This document shows, piece by piece, positions 1-9,197 of a stretch of 63,123 bases of DNA. How positions within the stretch are numbered: the first letter of the stretch is position 1; the number at the start of each line of letters is the position of its first letter. The translations under genes and the position numbers were made by a program. The DNA is taken from IMG/VR virus record IMGVR_UViG_3300029928_000270. One strand, 5' to 3'. The DNA comes from an uncultured virus (IMG/VR IMGVR_UViG_3300029928_000270). Taxonomy: Duplodnaviria; Heunggongvirae; Uroviricota; Caudoviricetes. The notes under the pieces are model-generated. The model did not search any database and was not told the DNA's origin. It worked only from the letters and a program-made list of their open reading frames with translations.

Positions 1-444
1 CCTGCAGGACATAGACAAACGAGAAGTGTAGTTAATGCATATGGATTGCATTGCCAGGTAGGTTGTGGGTATAGAGTAAATTGCGGTTTAAGTGAAGGTC
101 AGACAATAGCAACATTCAGCATCGAAGAGCAGAGTGGGTATGTACTAAACCCAGTTTTGAATGTTGTTAAGGGTTCTGTAAAGGCAGTCAGTTTTACTTG
201 GCAGGACGGAAGTGTTGGTGCTTTAACTGTCAGTTCAAATGGCATTTACACATGTACATTAACATATACGGATAATGGTGTAGTCAGGGTTGCAACCTTA
301 TCTTGTGAGGTTACAGATTATGATACTGAGCCACCAGTAATAGAGGGTGTCACTGGGTATGAGAGTAGGGAGAAGTATCACACTATTGCAGTTAGTGCAA
401 CGGATAACTATGGAGTTACTGGTTACATGATAGAGAAGAAATAA
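1..444 (+). CDS. 3' end of a larger protein with an Ig-like/beta-rich domain (truncated by window start)
   Basis: Frame is open from base 1; DTEPPVI...VSATDNYGVTGY resembles bacterial Ig-like repeat ends. Confidence 0.55.
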   Translation, partial: PAGHRQTRSVVNAYGLHCQVGCGYRVNCGLSEGQTIATFSIEEQSGYVLNPVLNVVKGSVKAVSFTWQDGSVGALTVSSNGIYTCTLTYTDNGVVRVATLSCEVTDYDTEPPVIEGVTGYESREKYHTIAVSATDNYGVTGYMIEKK

Positions 445-472
445 TCTTATGGGTATTTAGTCTTTTCTTTTT

Positions 473-512
473 AAATAAGAGATGTCAAAGAATTTTGGCA
501 TCTCTTATTTTT
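473..512 (+). terminator. Intrinsic terminator
   Basis: AAATAAGAGATGTCAAA/TTTGGCATCTCTTATTT hairpin followed by Ts. Confidence 0.75.
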
Positions 513-527
513 ATGTGTCAGTGTCAC

Positions 528-556
528 TTGATTTGAGCCTTATACTATGTTATAAT
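528..556 (+). promoter_or_regulatory. sigma-A-type promoter
   Basis: TTGATT-17-TATAAT with extended TG. Confidence 0.7.
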
Positions 557-582
557 AGTTGTAAATAGGAGGTAGTTGTGTT

Positions 583-1230
583 ATGAAGTATTATGCAGTA
601 GCGAAAGGTAGGAAAACTGGGGTATTTGTCGACTGGAGTGAAGTGTTAGAGTACGTAAAAGGTTTCAGTGGTGCTAAGTATGCTTCGTTTCACGATAAAG
701 AGTCAGCTGAGAATTATGTAAGCTCAGGTGGTGTAAAGCAGGAAGTAAAAGCACCCGAGTCATCGTTTATCAAGAATACGAAAAACATGGGCAGGGTGTA
801 TGCTCAGTGCAAGAGAGATGATGAGAATAAAAAGTTCATTATAAGTGGTGTGGTAGATACACCGAATGGCTTGCATCAGTTCTATAATTGGTCTTGGTTA
901 GAGGACTATGGTGACCTGTCAGAAGTAGATATCCAGTGTTATGCATACGTACATATGCTCAAGGAAGCGTTCAAGTTGGGTATTCACGATATTGTTGTCG
1001 TATATAAGAATGATTGCTTCAAGGGTTGGGGTGAAACGTGGAGGGCAAAGAGTGACGTAGCTAAGTATTATAAAAGTTGCATTCAGTACTTAAGAAGCCG
1101 TTGCAATATACAGTTTGAAAAGTATGATAAGGGTGTTCACTATCATATGGAGTATGGTTCACGCATCAGTTTGCCTTTTGAGTACAAATCAGAGCAGTAC
1201 GAACAGTTTGGGTATACAGGGAATTTCTAA
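583..1230 (+). CDS. Viroplasmin (hybrid-binding) domain + degenerate RNase HI-like domain
   Basis: N-term KYYAVAKGRKTGVFxDWxEVxxxVKGFSGAKYxSF; C-term resembles clostridial RNase HI but lacks the DGS motif. Confidence 0.75.
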   Translation: MKYYAVAKGRKTGVFVDWSEVLEYVKGFSGAKYASFHDKESAENYVSSGGVKQEVKAPESSFIKNTKNMGRVYAQCKRDDENKKFIISGVVDTPNGLHQFYNWSWLEDYGDLSEVDIQCYAYVHMLKEAFKLGIHDIVVVYKNDCFKGWGETWRAKSDVAKYYKSCIQYLRSRCNIQFEKYDKGVHYHMEYGSRISLPFEYKSEQYEQFGYTGNF

Positions 1231-1280
1231 ATAGCGTAAGATGCACCTAACTACTAAAATTTTGGAAGGGGTGCGTCCTT

Positions 1281-1661
1281 ATGTTATTTTCAATTGATAG
1301 TGTTGCTACTGTAGATGAGAATGTAGGTTTTCGTATGATAGGTCATCTTGTTGCACAAACAGATGATGAGAAAGATTTACTGCCCGAACTGGCAGAAAGT
1401 ATGCAGGAGGTTTTAGATACCTATGCAGAAACCGTCCAGCCCGAAATAGGTACTTATATGGATGGAGATGTAAAGCGTAAAACCATATATTATCGTGCAG
1501 TTTCCCTGCCAGAACTGGCATACATCCTTGGGGTATATAATAACGGTTTTCCGTTTAAGACTACTGTTGAGTTATCGTCAGAAGTTAAAATGTATCCCGA
1601 TGACATTGGCGGTATCTTCCAGTTTCAGTTGCAGTGCTTCAAGCAACAGCATAATTTGTAG
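1281..1661 (+). CDS. hypothetical protein
   Basis: 126 aa ORF with RBS, in operon. Confidence 0.6.
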   Translation: MLFSIDSVATVDENVGFRMIGHLVAQTDDEKDLLPELAESMQEVLDTYAETVQPEIGTYMDGDVKRKTIYYRAVSLPELAYILGVYNNGFPFKTTVELSSEVKMYPDDIGGIFQFQLQCFKQQHNL

Positions 1662-1689
1662 TTAAAATTCTAATAGGAGGTAGTAGTAA

Positions 1690-2046
1690 ATGACAGTTAA
1701 GCAGTGTGTGGAAAAAACAAAGAGTATGCTTGAGGAAGAGGATGAGAAGAAAATCTCAAAATCGTATACAAAGTTCTACATAACTATGTTTGTAGCCTTT
1801 GTGATAGTCCTTTACTGGGTATGGTGCATAGTATCGGCAGTTTCCTCAAAGATTGCGTTAGGTGTTGAGTTGGTATTGTCAGCAGCTTTCGTTGTGACCT
1901 TAGATACTTTGCTTAAGATGGCATCTGAAAGCGTGAAAGCATATAAGGGTATTAAGACCTTCGGAAAACTGTTAGTTCTGTTTGTTATCTTGCTGATTAC
2001 AACAGTAGTTGCAGTTTTCTTACTCAAGACCAATTACATTCTGTAA
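1690..2046 (+). CDS. membrane protein (about 3 TM helices)
   Basis: AGGAGG RBS; hydrophobic segments. Confidence 0.65.
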   Translation: MTVKQCVEKTKSMLEEEDEKKISKSYTKFYITMFVAFVIVLYWVWCIVSAVSSKIALGVELVLSAAFVVTLDTLLKMASESVKAYKGIKTFGKLLVLFVILLITTVVAVFLLKTNYIL

Positions 2047-2053
2047 GGCTCTC

Positions 2054-2112
2054 TTGACTTCATTTAATATCTATGCTAAACTATTAGCATAATATTAAAT
2101 GAAGTTTTTTTT
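2054..2112 (+). promoter_or_regulatory. sigma-A-type promoter embedded in a 22-bp hairpin/terminator
   Basis: TTGACT-17-TAAACT inside inverted repeat 2057-2105 followed by a T run. Confidence 0.65.
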
Positions 2113-2559
2113 GTGGAGGAAAAAGACATGATACAGATTGCAGAAGCTATTGGTAGTGAGGACTTAATTCTTACCAGTATGGAGTATGAAAACATTCGTT
2201 TGGACAAGCACTATAAGTTCACTCGAGCAGAGAAGAGAGACATTCTCTTGGAGTTAAAGTTGCGTAGCAGTATGATTGAGGATTGTGGTGTGAAGTTAAC
2301 AAATCAGGGCATGATGAAAATGCTTAAGTTCATGCGCCCCAGCCCTAAGAAGTTCAAAAGATTTCGTATGTTCGGGGATTTCCTTTATGATATGGAGGCA
2401 ATTCTCAATTCAGACAATACAGAGTTCAACTTAGTTCGTTATCTGAACGTGGTATGTGGTTTCCCTATCATGGAGTTAGCATATGCTTTGGGTTTTAGCG
2501 AGGACAAGCAGGAGTTAAGTATAGCAAATCGTATTGCAGATATGTTTGTGAGAGCATAA
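2113..2559 (+). CDS. hypothetical protein
   Basis: 148 aa ORF downstream of promoter. Confidence 0.55.
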   Translation: MEEKDMIQIAEAIGSEDLILTSMEYENIRLDKHYKFTRAEKRDILLELKLRSSMIEDCGVKLTNQGMMKMLKFMRPSPKKFKRFRMFGDFLYDMEAILNSDNTEFNLVRYLNVVCGFPIMELAYALGFSEDKQELSIANRIADMFVRA

Positions 2560-2674
2560 GACATTTACATACGGGAGTTGGAACTGTTGCATTTCCCATT
2601 TTTGTAATATAACAGCCCATTTTTGTAAGATGGGTGTTATATAGCATCTTTGGTTTTGGGGGTATTTTGCGAAG

Positions 2675-3070
2675 ATGTTATATACAAAGGGAGAGCGAAG
2701 TTCCAGCTCCAATTTAATTAAAGTTGTAGATTCAGTAACAAAGGAAGCAATTTATGTTTCAGATGATGACTTAAAGAAGCGACTAATGGAAAATGGCGAT
2801 GTAGTTGGTTGCCACTTAACTATGGGTACGCTTTGTTTTGATAGTTTAACACCTGAGATTTCAAAGTTGCTTTATTTAAATGAGAATGACAGTATTGGAA
2901 TGTTTATGCCAGATATTGAACTTTGGCTGACGTTGGTGTTTCTTGGGTATCGAAATGATACTTTTTATTTCAGGTTAGGCAAGGGGCTGTTTCAGTTATC
3001 TGTTCAAAGTATCGTATACGGACGATATAAGTTTGATACGGTGCATGTTAACATTTTAGGTACGGTTTAA
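2675..3070 (+). CDS. hypothetical protein, member of local paralog family
   Basis: KVVDSVTKE...LKKRLMENGDVVGC resembles the N-termini of 3504, 6046, 36691 and 36945. Confidence 0.55.
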   Translation: MLYTKGERSSSSNLIKVVDSVTKEAIYVSDDDLKKRLMENGDVVGCHLTMGTLCFDSLTPEISKLLYLNENDSIGMFMPDIELWLTLVFLGYRNDTFYFRLGKGLFQLSVQSIVYGRYKFDTVHVNILGTV

Positions 3071-3123
3071 GCTGGTGTGAGAACCAGTTTAGATAAATAA
3101 TAAATCCATAGGAGGATACATTT

Positions 3124-3489
3124 ATGCAGAAAAAGAGTTATGAAACAGTAGCAAAGGTGGCTTTAGGTGTGACAGGTGTTCTCACTTTAGCGAAAGCAGT
3201 GAAAACTGCCTACATAGGAGTAAATCTTCATAAGCTGAATAAGCGTTTGGATGAGTGTAAGAAGGCTCATTCATCATCCAGAGATAAGTATCTTGCTTGG
3301 TTATCCACCTCACCCATACCTGAGGGTATGAATGACCGTGCGGCAGGTGTTTATTACTCAGAGATGATGAAAACCTACCACGAGTTTCTTGGTGCTTGTG
3401 CTGACAAGGCAAAGTTTTGTGTCAAATGGGGTATTCCTGCAAAAGATGTCAGTTTGGCACTTGCTAAGGGCGATTGCTTCGTGAAATAA
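3124..3489 (+). CDS. hypothetical protein
   Basis: AGGAGG RBS, 121 aa. Confidence 0.6.
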   Translation: MQKKSYETVAKVALGVTGVLTLAKAVKTAYIGVNLHKLNKRLDECKKAHSSSRDKYLAWLSTSPIPEGMNDRAAGVYYSEMMKTYHEFLGACADKAKFCVKWGIPAKDVSLALAKGDCFVK

Positions 3490-3503
3490 GGGAGGGTATT
3501 AAG

Positions 3504-3914
3504 ATGTTTTACGTTAGTAGCAGACAGGGAAAGTTAATCGGCATCACAGATACGGCTGACGGTGTCGAGGAGATGATTAACATGGACAAGTTGACATGTT
3601 ATCTTGCAAGGGGTATGGTTTTTGTAGGAGTTAAGTACAAGAACATGAACAGTGACCCTATGGTTAAGCCATTAGGCGCAAACTCAGTTAAACTGATAAG
3701 GTTGCCAATAGGAAGCCCAGTTAGGGTTAAGCTAAAGTCAAACAGTGACTTCAAGCAGTGCATAGTTGCAGGTTTCACTGTAGACGGTGTTACATTGTAT
3801 GATGGAGCGATGTATAACATTAAGTATGATTACATTGACATCGGAGGTGTTCTTGTAGATACAGAGCATAACGATGCAGTTGCTGTTACAAGGTTGCTTC
3901 AGAGTATGAACTAA
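3504..3914 (+). CDS. hypothetical protein, member of local paralog family
   Basis: ATG 3504 after GGAGGG; IGITDTADGVEE...LARGMVFVGV. Confidence 0.6.
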   Translation: MFYVSSRQGKLIGITDTADGVEEMINMDKLTCYLARGMVFVGVKYKNMNSDPMVKPLGANSVKLIRLPIGSPVRVKLKSNSDFKQCIVAGFTVDGVTLYDGAMYNIKYDYIDIGGVLVDTEHNDAVAVTRLLQSMN

Positions 3915-4015
3915 GAAATACAATGGAATTTGGCAAATCGCAATGGGTATTGAAAGTTATTAAAATATCCTTGATTTATTGCCATTTCTGCATAAAGTTA
4001 GTGCTAAGAGTTGTT

Positions 4016-4071
4016 GAACTGCAGGTTGCACTAAAGTGTGTTGATACTTTAGTAAAGCCTGCAGTTCTTTT
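4016..4071 (+). terminator. Intrinsic terminator
   Basis: GAACTGCAGG...CCTGCAGTTC hairpin + TTTT. Confidence 0.65.
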
Positions 4072-4151
4072 CATTTAGAGAGAAGTGTGAATTTTTTAAG
4101 TTTCGATATTAAAGAAAATATGCAAGTATTTATGTATTTACTGGAGTTCGC

Positions 4152-4180
4152 TTGACTTCTTTGAAATATTATGTTATAAT
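4152..4180 (+). promoter_or_regulatory. sigma-A-type promoter
   Basis: TTGACT-17-TATAAT with extended TG. Confidence 0.75.
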
Positions 4181-4210
4181 TATAGTATAAAAATATGAAG
4201 GAGGTCTATT

Positions 4211-5461
4211 ATGGCTAATTTACTATCAGACTACGGACAGGTCATGAATTTTTCCAGTGTTATGTCCGAACTTAAGAAACGTGTTCCTGAATTAGGCACG
4301 CTAAAAACTCAGAATTTTATCTTAGCAGTAAACAAAAGCGTCAAGAAGGGTATCGAGAAGCATCCAGTAAGATATTTTTCTGGTGAGTATCTTGAACTTG
4401 AAGAAGGAGAGCATGGTTGCTTTGCAAGATGGTATCCTACAGATTATCTCTCAAAAGACGGAGATATCATTTACGTTCAATTTACAGGCGGAAGTCCTTG
4501 GACAGGTGCTTTGGTAGGTACTGAGTCAGAAATTTTGGAGTATCAGAAAATTCATGTTAAAAAGCGTATGCCTTTGGAGAAACGCCTTGAAGACGAGTTA
4601 GGTGTATCAGTCGAGGGTATTGAGGGTGTAACAGTTTCCTCAGATGAAGATAAATCGGGTATTTGTACGAAGGTAAGTAAGTCAGATATCTTCATTCAGA
4701 ACTTGCATAAACGCTTACTTATCCCGAACAGCTGGACAGATGAAACTCTTGCAAATTATGTGTACTTGATTATTTGCAGATTAAATAATCTGTTAAAGAA
4801 TGGCGATGCAAGTGTTGATTTCTACATGAAAGTAAATGAGTCAAAAAGTTTAGTCCTTATCAACAGTGGTTTGTTAGACTTGTTTGGTAAGTACATATAT
4901 TTGATTGTACGTGTAAGACGAAGCTCTTTGCACGGTGGTGCTATCGAGGAACTGAGTTTCAATGATGTAGAAATCTCTTTAGGTAAGGCTTATGCAATGC
5001 AGAAAGGCTTCACAAAGATGGATGTCAGCTTAGCCATCGATAGGGTATCCTTTGCATCTGATAAGGAGTTAATGTTCGACGGAAGTTGGCTTGACTTCGA
5101 CTTAAGTGACTGGGAGAGACTTTCCCACTGCATTATCGAGAGGAAAGACCGTTTCCCCGAGGAGTTCCAAAACATGTCCAGTGATGTACTTTTCAGTGAC
5201 ATGTCAAGAGCCATTGAGGTGGCAGTTGAACTTAACAAGTATGATAAGAACTACATAAAGCCGATATACAGTGTTCGCTACGACAGAATACACTTTGTAA
5301 TTCCTTATCATGTTGGGGGTGACTTCCAGAAGAAGCCACAAATGGGCATAGTTGTAAGCAATTATAACGGATTTTGGAACGTGATGACAGTATTGGGTAT
5401 TGAGGAAGTAATGCGTGACATTAAGTTGTTCTCAATGTATGAGAATGAGTCATTCGATTAA
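4211..5461 (+). CDS. DUF3825-like domain protein
   Basis: C-terminal ERKDRFP...NYIKPIY...IHFVIP pattern recalled from DUF3825. Confidence 0.5.
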   Translation: MANLLSDYGQVMNFSSVMSELKKRVPELGTLKTQNFILAVNKSVKKGIEKHPVRYFSGEYLELEEGEHGCFARWYPTDYLSKDGDIIYVQFTGGSPWTGALVGTESEILEYQKIHVKKRMPLEKRLEDELGVSVEGIEGVTVSSDEDKSGICTKVSKSDIFIQNLHKRLLIPNSWTDETLANYVYLIICRLNNLLKNGDASVDFYMKVNESKSLVLINSGLLDLFGKYIYLIVRVRRSSLHGGAIEELSFNDVEISLGKAYAMQKGFTKMDVSLAIDRVSFASDKELMFDGSWLDFDLSDWERLSHCIIERKDRFPEEFQNMSSDVLFSDMSRAIEVAVELNKYDKNYIKPIYSVRYDRIHFVIPYHVGGDFQKKPQMGIVVSNYNGFWNVMTVLGIEEVMRDIKLFSMYENESFD

Positions 5462-5536
5462 GCTGGAGAAACTGTGGACAAGCAGGGTAGTAGCTTTACT
5501 GCCCTGCTTTAGTTGAAAGTAAAAGGGGAAGAGATT

Positions 5537-5989
5537 ATGAGTAGAACGGGAAAGGAAGCAACAAGTCATGAAGTAACAGTGGGTATTGTGTCATATGTCC
5601 TTGGTGGGCGGTCTAAGTTTTGTATTGTGCAGGAGAACAGAAAGTTTTGGTTTTCAGTTAAGAAAGCAAAGTATGGGGAGTGCTACTTTGTATCAGGTGC
5701 TGAGGGGAGTTCACGTAGTTTAGACTACCTTGGAGGAATAAGAGTTAAAACAGACATGAGATATGGGAAGACTCCAATTTCATATTTTTATTCAGATGAA
5801 TGCAAGCAGAGAGGTTTGGAGTATCTGTTAGATGGCTTGTACAAGGTATTATGTTGTAAAGATAGCCAGAATTCAAAAGTTCACATATATCATGATGGAC
5901 GTTGCAGTGTTTGTGGACGAGCCCTTACAGACTTTGAAAGCATTCAGAGGGGTATCGGACCGACTTGTATACAGAAAATTTTTGGGTGA
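5537..5989 (+). CDS. DUF6011 zinc-finger protein
   Basis: CSVCGRALTDFESIQRGIGPTC. Confidence 0.75.
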   Translation: MSRTGKEATSHEVTVGIVSYVLGGRSKFCIVQENRKFWFSVKKAKYGECYFVSGAEGSSRSLDYLGGIRVKTDMRYGKTPISYFYSDECKQRGLEYLLDGLYKVLCCKDSQNSKVHIYHDGRCSVCGRALTDFESIQRGIGPTCIQKIFG

Positions 5990-5996
5990 GTTCCTA

Positions 5997-6025
5997 TTGA
6001 ACTTGTCCTTTGTATATGTTAAAAT
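5997..6025 (+). promoter_or_regulatory. sigma-A-type promoter
   Basis: TTGAAC-17-TAAAAT with TG. Confidence 0.55.
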
Positions 6026-6045
6026 CGTTTTCAAGAGGTGGAGAT

Positions 6046-6534
6046 ATGTTAGTCTGCTATAAGAAATATGATGCTAAGGGAGAAATGCTTTGTATTTTAG
6101 ATACGAAGACAATGAAGTTCAGATTGATGAAAACACTTGATGTTGCAAAACTTGTTGCTAAGGGACATATAATTGGTGGCATAAGAGTTAAGGGTAACAG
6201 GGTAGGTATAAGTGTTAATGAAATAGTATCGGACTTAAATGGTAATCTGTATCAGGGCATCAGCATAGATAAATCTCTTGACTTAGATTATTTAGATGGG
6301 AAACTCCAGATTATTCTTGGGGATATGGAGTATATAAATTTGGATATAAGTGTTGCTAACCTCGAGGAGATAACTCTCTTGAAGGTCTTATGGGCAACCT
6401 ATATAGATTGTAGTTACGAGTCGTGTTTGTTAGTGTATGTTGAGGTTCACAATGTGATGACTCAGTACACCGTACGATACGTCGAGGACAAGTGGGTAGT
6501 TTGTGATGCTATTGAAGTTGATACAAGCAAATAA
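6046..6534 (+). CDS. hypothetical protein, member of local paralog family
   Basis: ATG 6046 after GAGGTGG; LCILDTKT...LVAKGHIIGGI. Confidence 0.6.
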   Translation: MLVCYKKYDAKGEMLCILDTKTMKFRLMKTLDVAKLVAKGHIIGGIRVKGNRVGISVNEIVSDLNGNLYQGISIDKSLDLDYLDGKLQIILGDMEYINLDISVANLEEITLLKVLWATYIDCSYESCLLVYVEVHNVMTQYTVRYVEDKWVVCDAIEVDTSK

Positions 6535-6552
6535 AGCAACGGAGGGTATTTT

Positions 6553-6780
6553 GTGGAAGAGTTATTAAAGGAAGAAGAAAGTTTGAAATCTGAACTTGAG
6601 GAAGTAGTTAAGCGTGAGGAAGTTTTGATTGCAGTGTATCAGACATTGGTAGGTGCTGATGCAGATGACATCGAGGGAGAGTTACGTGAAATAAGGACGG
6701 AGAGAGGTAACATAGTTCACAAACTCCACACTATAAGGTCAAGAATAAAGACCTTAGAAAGCTTGGCAAAGACTAAATAA
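6553..6780 (+). CDS. small coiled-coil protein
   Basis: GGAGG RBS, heptad pattern. Confidence 0.55.
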   Translation: MEELLKEEESLKSELEEVVKREEVLIAVYQTLVGADADDIEGELREIRTERGNIVHKLHTIRSRIKTLESLAKTK

Positions 6781-6799
6781 GAGAGTTGAGGTTGGCACT

Positions 6800-7978
6800 G
6801 TGGGCGATAATAGTACGGCTTGCTTCTTCATATTGGAAGATTTGATAGAGTATAAGCTAAGATTTGCTAATGATAACTTTCTAAAACTCCTTGGGTATGA
6901 TGAAGTTGAGAAACTAACTGATTTACTTTCAGTCAAAGAAGAACGTGACTTGATAGAGGTGACAAGGCTTCATAGAAAGTCTTTTGACTTTAAGTGTGTT
7001 TTGATGGCTAACGGAAGGTACATAGGCGCAAAGCTAAAGTTCTCTCAAATTGGGACTTCCTACTATTGTTATGTAGAGGATTGTGAAAGTGATACAGATT
7101 ACATAAAGAGATTGGAGTTAGAGAACGATAGACTTTCTGCATTAGTTGAGTTGTCAGGAAGTATGTTAGCTGAATTCTCACCTAAAGGAGTTTTGTCTTT
7201 TGCTACGAGTAGTGTATTGTCGGAGTTTTCAGTAAATGTTTTCGAGAGGGGTATTACACATGCCCTTTTCGAAGGCTTTGTTTTCAGAAGTGATATTCGG
7301 AAGTTTATAAAGTTCTTAAGAGGAATAAGTAGTTGCAATGAGGAGTGTTTTTGTGAAGTGAGACTTAAAGTACGTGACATTTATAAGTGGTTTAATTTGA
7401 CAGCAAGGAGTATTTTGGACTCAAGAGAGAAGCTATCAAGAGTAATAGTTAAAGCAGAGGATATTGAGGTTTATAAATCACGTGAGAATGCTCTTAAGAT
7501 GAAGGTAGAAATAGATGATTTGACAAGGTGTTATAAAAAGTCATTCCTTGTTGATGAGTTAAGGGATGTTGATGTCAGGGGGTGCTTAGCATTCTTTGAT
7601 ATAGACAACTTCAAGGGTATTAACGATAGCTTTGGTCATCTTGAGGGTGATAATGCCTTGAAGGGAGTTGCAAACGTCTGTAAATCAGTATTTTGTGAAG
7701 ACGGTGATATTGTATGCAGATTTGGTGGAGATGAATTTTGCATCTATTCAAGATATTCTGACAAAGCAAGGTTCGAGCATAGCATTCAGTTGATGCAAAG
7801 TAAGGTACGAAAGATAAAGTTGTGTAACCAAAATCCTCTAAGTGTGTCAGTAGGTATTGTAGTTGCTTCACCTACATTGAATAGTATACAAGACCTTTTA
7901 GATACAGCTGATACGACTTTGTATATTGTAAAGGAAAATGGTAAAAATTCCTATAAGTTTTTTGACGACTTGAGGTAA
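6800..7978 (+). CDS. PAS-domain diguanylate cyclase (GGDEF)
   Basis: DIDNFKGINDSFGHLEGD, RFGGDEF, SVSVG, AD..LY..KENGKN. Confidence 0.92.
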   Translation: MGDNSTACFFILEDLIEYKLRFANDNFLKLLGYDEVEKLTDLLSVKEERDLIEVTRLHRKSFDFKCVLMANGRYIGAKLKFSQIGTSYYCYVEDCESDTDYIKRLELENDRLSALVELSGSMLAEFSPKGVLSFATSSVLSEFSVNVFERGITHALFEGFVFRSDIRKFIKFLRGISSCNEECFCEVRLKVRDIYKWFNLTARSILDSREKLSRVIVKAEDIEVYKSRENALKMKVEIDDLTRCYKKSFLVDELRDVDVRGCLAFFDIDNFKGINDSFGHLEGDNALKGVANVCKSVFCEDGDIVCRFGGDEFCIYSRYSDKARFEHSIQLMQSKVRKIKLCNQNPLSVSVGIVVASPTLNSIQDLLDTADTTLYIVKENGKNSYKFFDDLR

Positions 7979-7992
7979 TATGTAAGGGATGC

Positions 7993-8021
7993 TTGACTAA
8001 GGATGAGTTATATGTTAAACT
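7993..8021 (+). promoter_or_regulatory. sigma-A-type promoter
   Basis: TTGACT-17-TAAACT with TG. Confidence 0.6.
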
Positions 8022-8108
8022 TATAGCAAATCAATCAAGTGGAGGCTTTGTAGTACATAGTGTAAAAGCTATGGGTAGTTTTTGGTAGTAAAATAAGATT
8101 GATTCGAG

Positions 8109-8702
8109 GTGCATATAATGAGCGACAAGAATGAGGTTAAAAGTGTTTTAAGATATTGTGAAGCAAATAATTTCAATACAGAGGTTTCAGTTGAGCCTAA
8201 TGCAAAAGCAGGTAAGACTGAAGTTAAAGGCGTAAAGTCTAAAAATCAGTTACTTAAGGACGTGAAGAAGTTAGAAAACTATTCAAGTCCAGTAAAGTCA
8301 ACTGATAAGATGTTGAGTGGTAAGCAGTCGAACAGCCTTTTAGGAGATAAACTTAAGTCTAATGCAAAGAAGGCAAATAAAGGTGGAAGTAAGCCTAAGA
8401 AAAAGACGAGCAGTTCTTCTAAGGCTAAGCCTAAGAAAGAGCCTGCAAAGGAGGAAGATATGGGTATTAGAATTGATTTTGAAACTGGTATCGCATATGA
8501 CATTGCTTCGGGTAAGGCATTAAGAGACATGTACACAGACGCTGAAAAGAAGCGTTATTGTGATAGAACCTATGGTAAGGGTAGATGGCGAAAGATGACT
8601 TACGATGAAGTACGTGAGAAGATAAAAATGGACATGGAGTTAAGAAAAATCGCAAAGTCTTTCGATATTGACGAGGACAAGGATGATTATTTGGAGGATT
8701 AG
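8109..8702 (+). CDS. Lys-rich hypothetical protein
   Basis: 197 aa ORF with low-complexity K/S centre; start may be ATG 8118. Confidence 0.6.
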   Translation: MHIMSDKNEVKSVLRYCEANNFNTEVSVEPNAKAGKTEVKGVKSKNQLLKDVKKLENYSSPVKSTDKMLSGKQSNSLLGDKLKSNAKKANKGGSKPKKKTSSSSKAKPKKEPAKEEDMGIRIDFETGIAYDIASGKALRDMYTDAEKKRYCDRTYGKGRWRKMTYDEVREKIKMDMELRKIAKSFDIDEDKDDYLED

Positions 8703-8706
8703 TGGT

Positions 8707-9159
8707 ATGAAAATCTCAGAGGTAGTTGGTAGCTTTTCAAGTTCTGACGTTGAACAGCTTGTTTTAGAGGAAAAATTTGTAAATAAGGTGGGAGATATCA
8801 TTGGGGTATCTTTCAGTGTTGATGACGGAGAGGGACACAGATTTTGTTTTGCTCTCAGTAGAGAGATGTTTAATACTTCCAAGGTTTTTGGAAAAGCATT
8901 TGCTTCTGAGATTAAAAATAGCATTAAAGAAAGCAGAGTATCAGTTGCAAGAGATGATACTGATATTTGGTGTGCAAGGATTGAAGATTGCATCGAAAAG
9001 AGAGATAGCAATTTTGACTGGATGTTTGAGCGTGGCTTGGACAGAGAGTTGTACACCTTAATAAATGGTGGAAAGTACTCAAGAAATGATGTAATCGTCT
9101 TTGATGTGGTGCAGAATATGTTAGATGCTCTTGAGGTTTGCAGAGCCAAAAGAAGCTAA
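8707..9159 (+). CDS. hypothetical protein
   Basis: ATG after GGAGG, coupled to upstream stop. Confidence 0.55.
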   Translation: MKISEVVGSFSSSDVEQLVLEEKFVNKVGDIIGVSFSVDDGEGHRFCFALSREMFNTSKVFGKAFASEIKNSIKESRVSVARDDTDIWCARIEDCIEKRDSNFDWMFERGLDRELYTLINGGKYSRNDVIVFDVVQNMLDALEVCRAKRS

Positions 9160-9197
9160 GATAACCTTAGTGGGTATTTATAGAGGGGTGCATTAAG

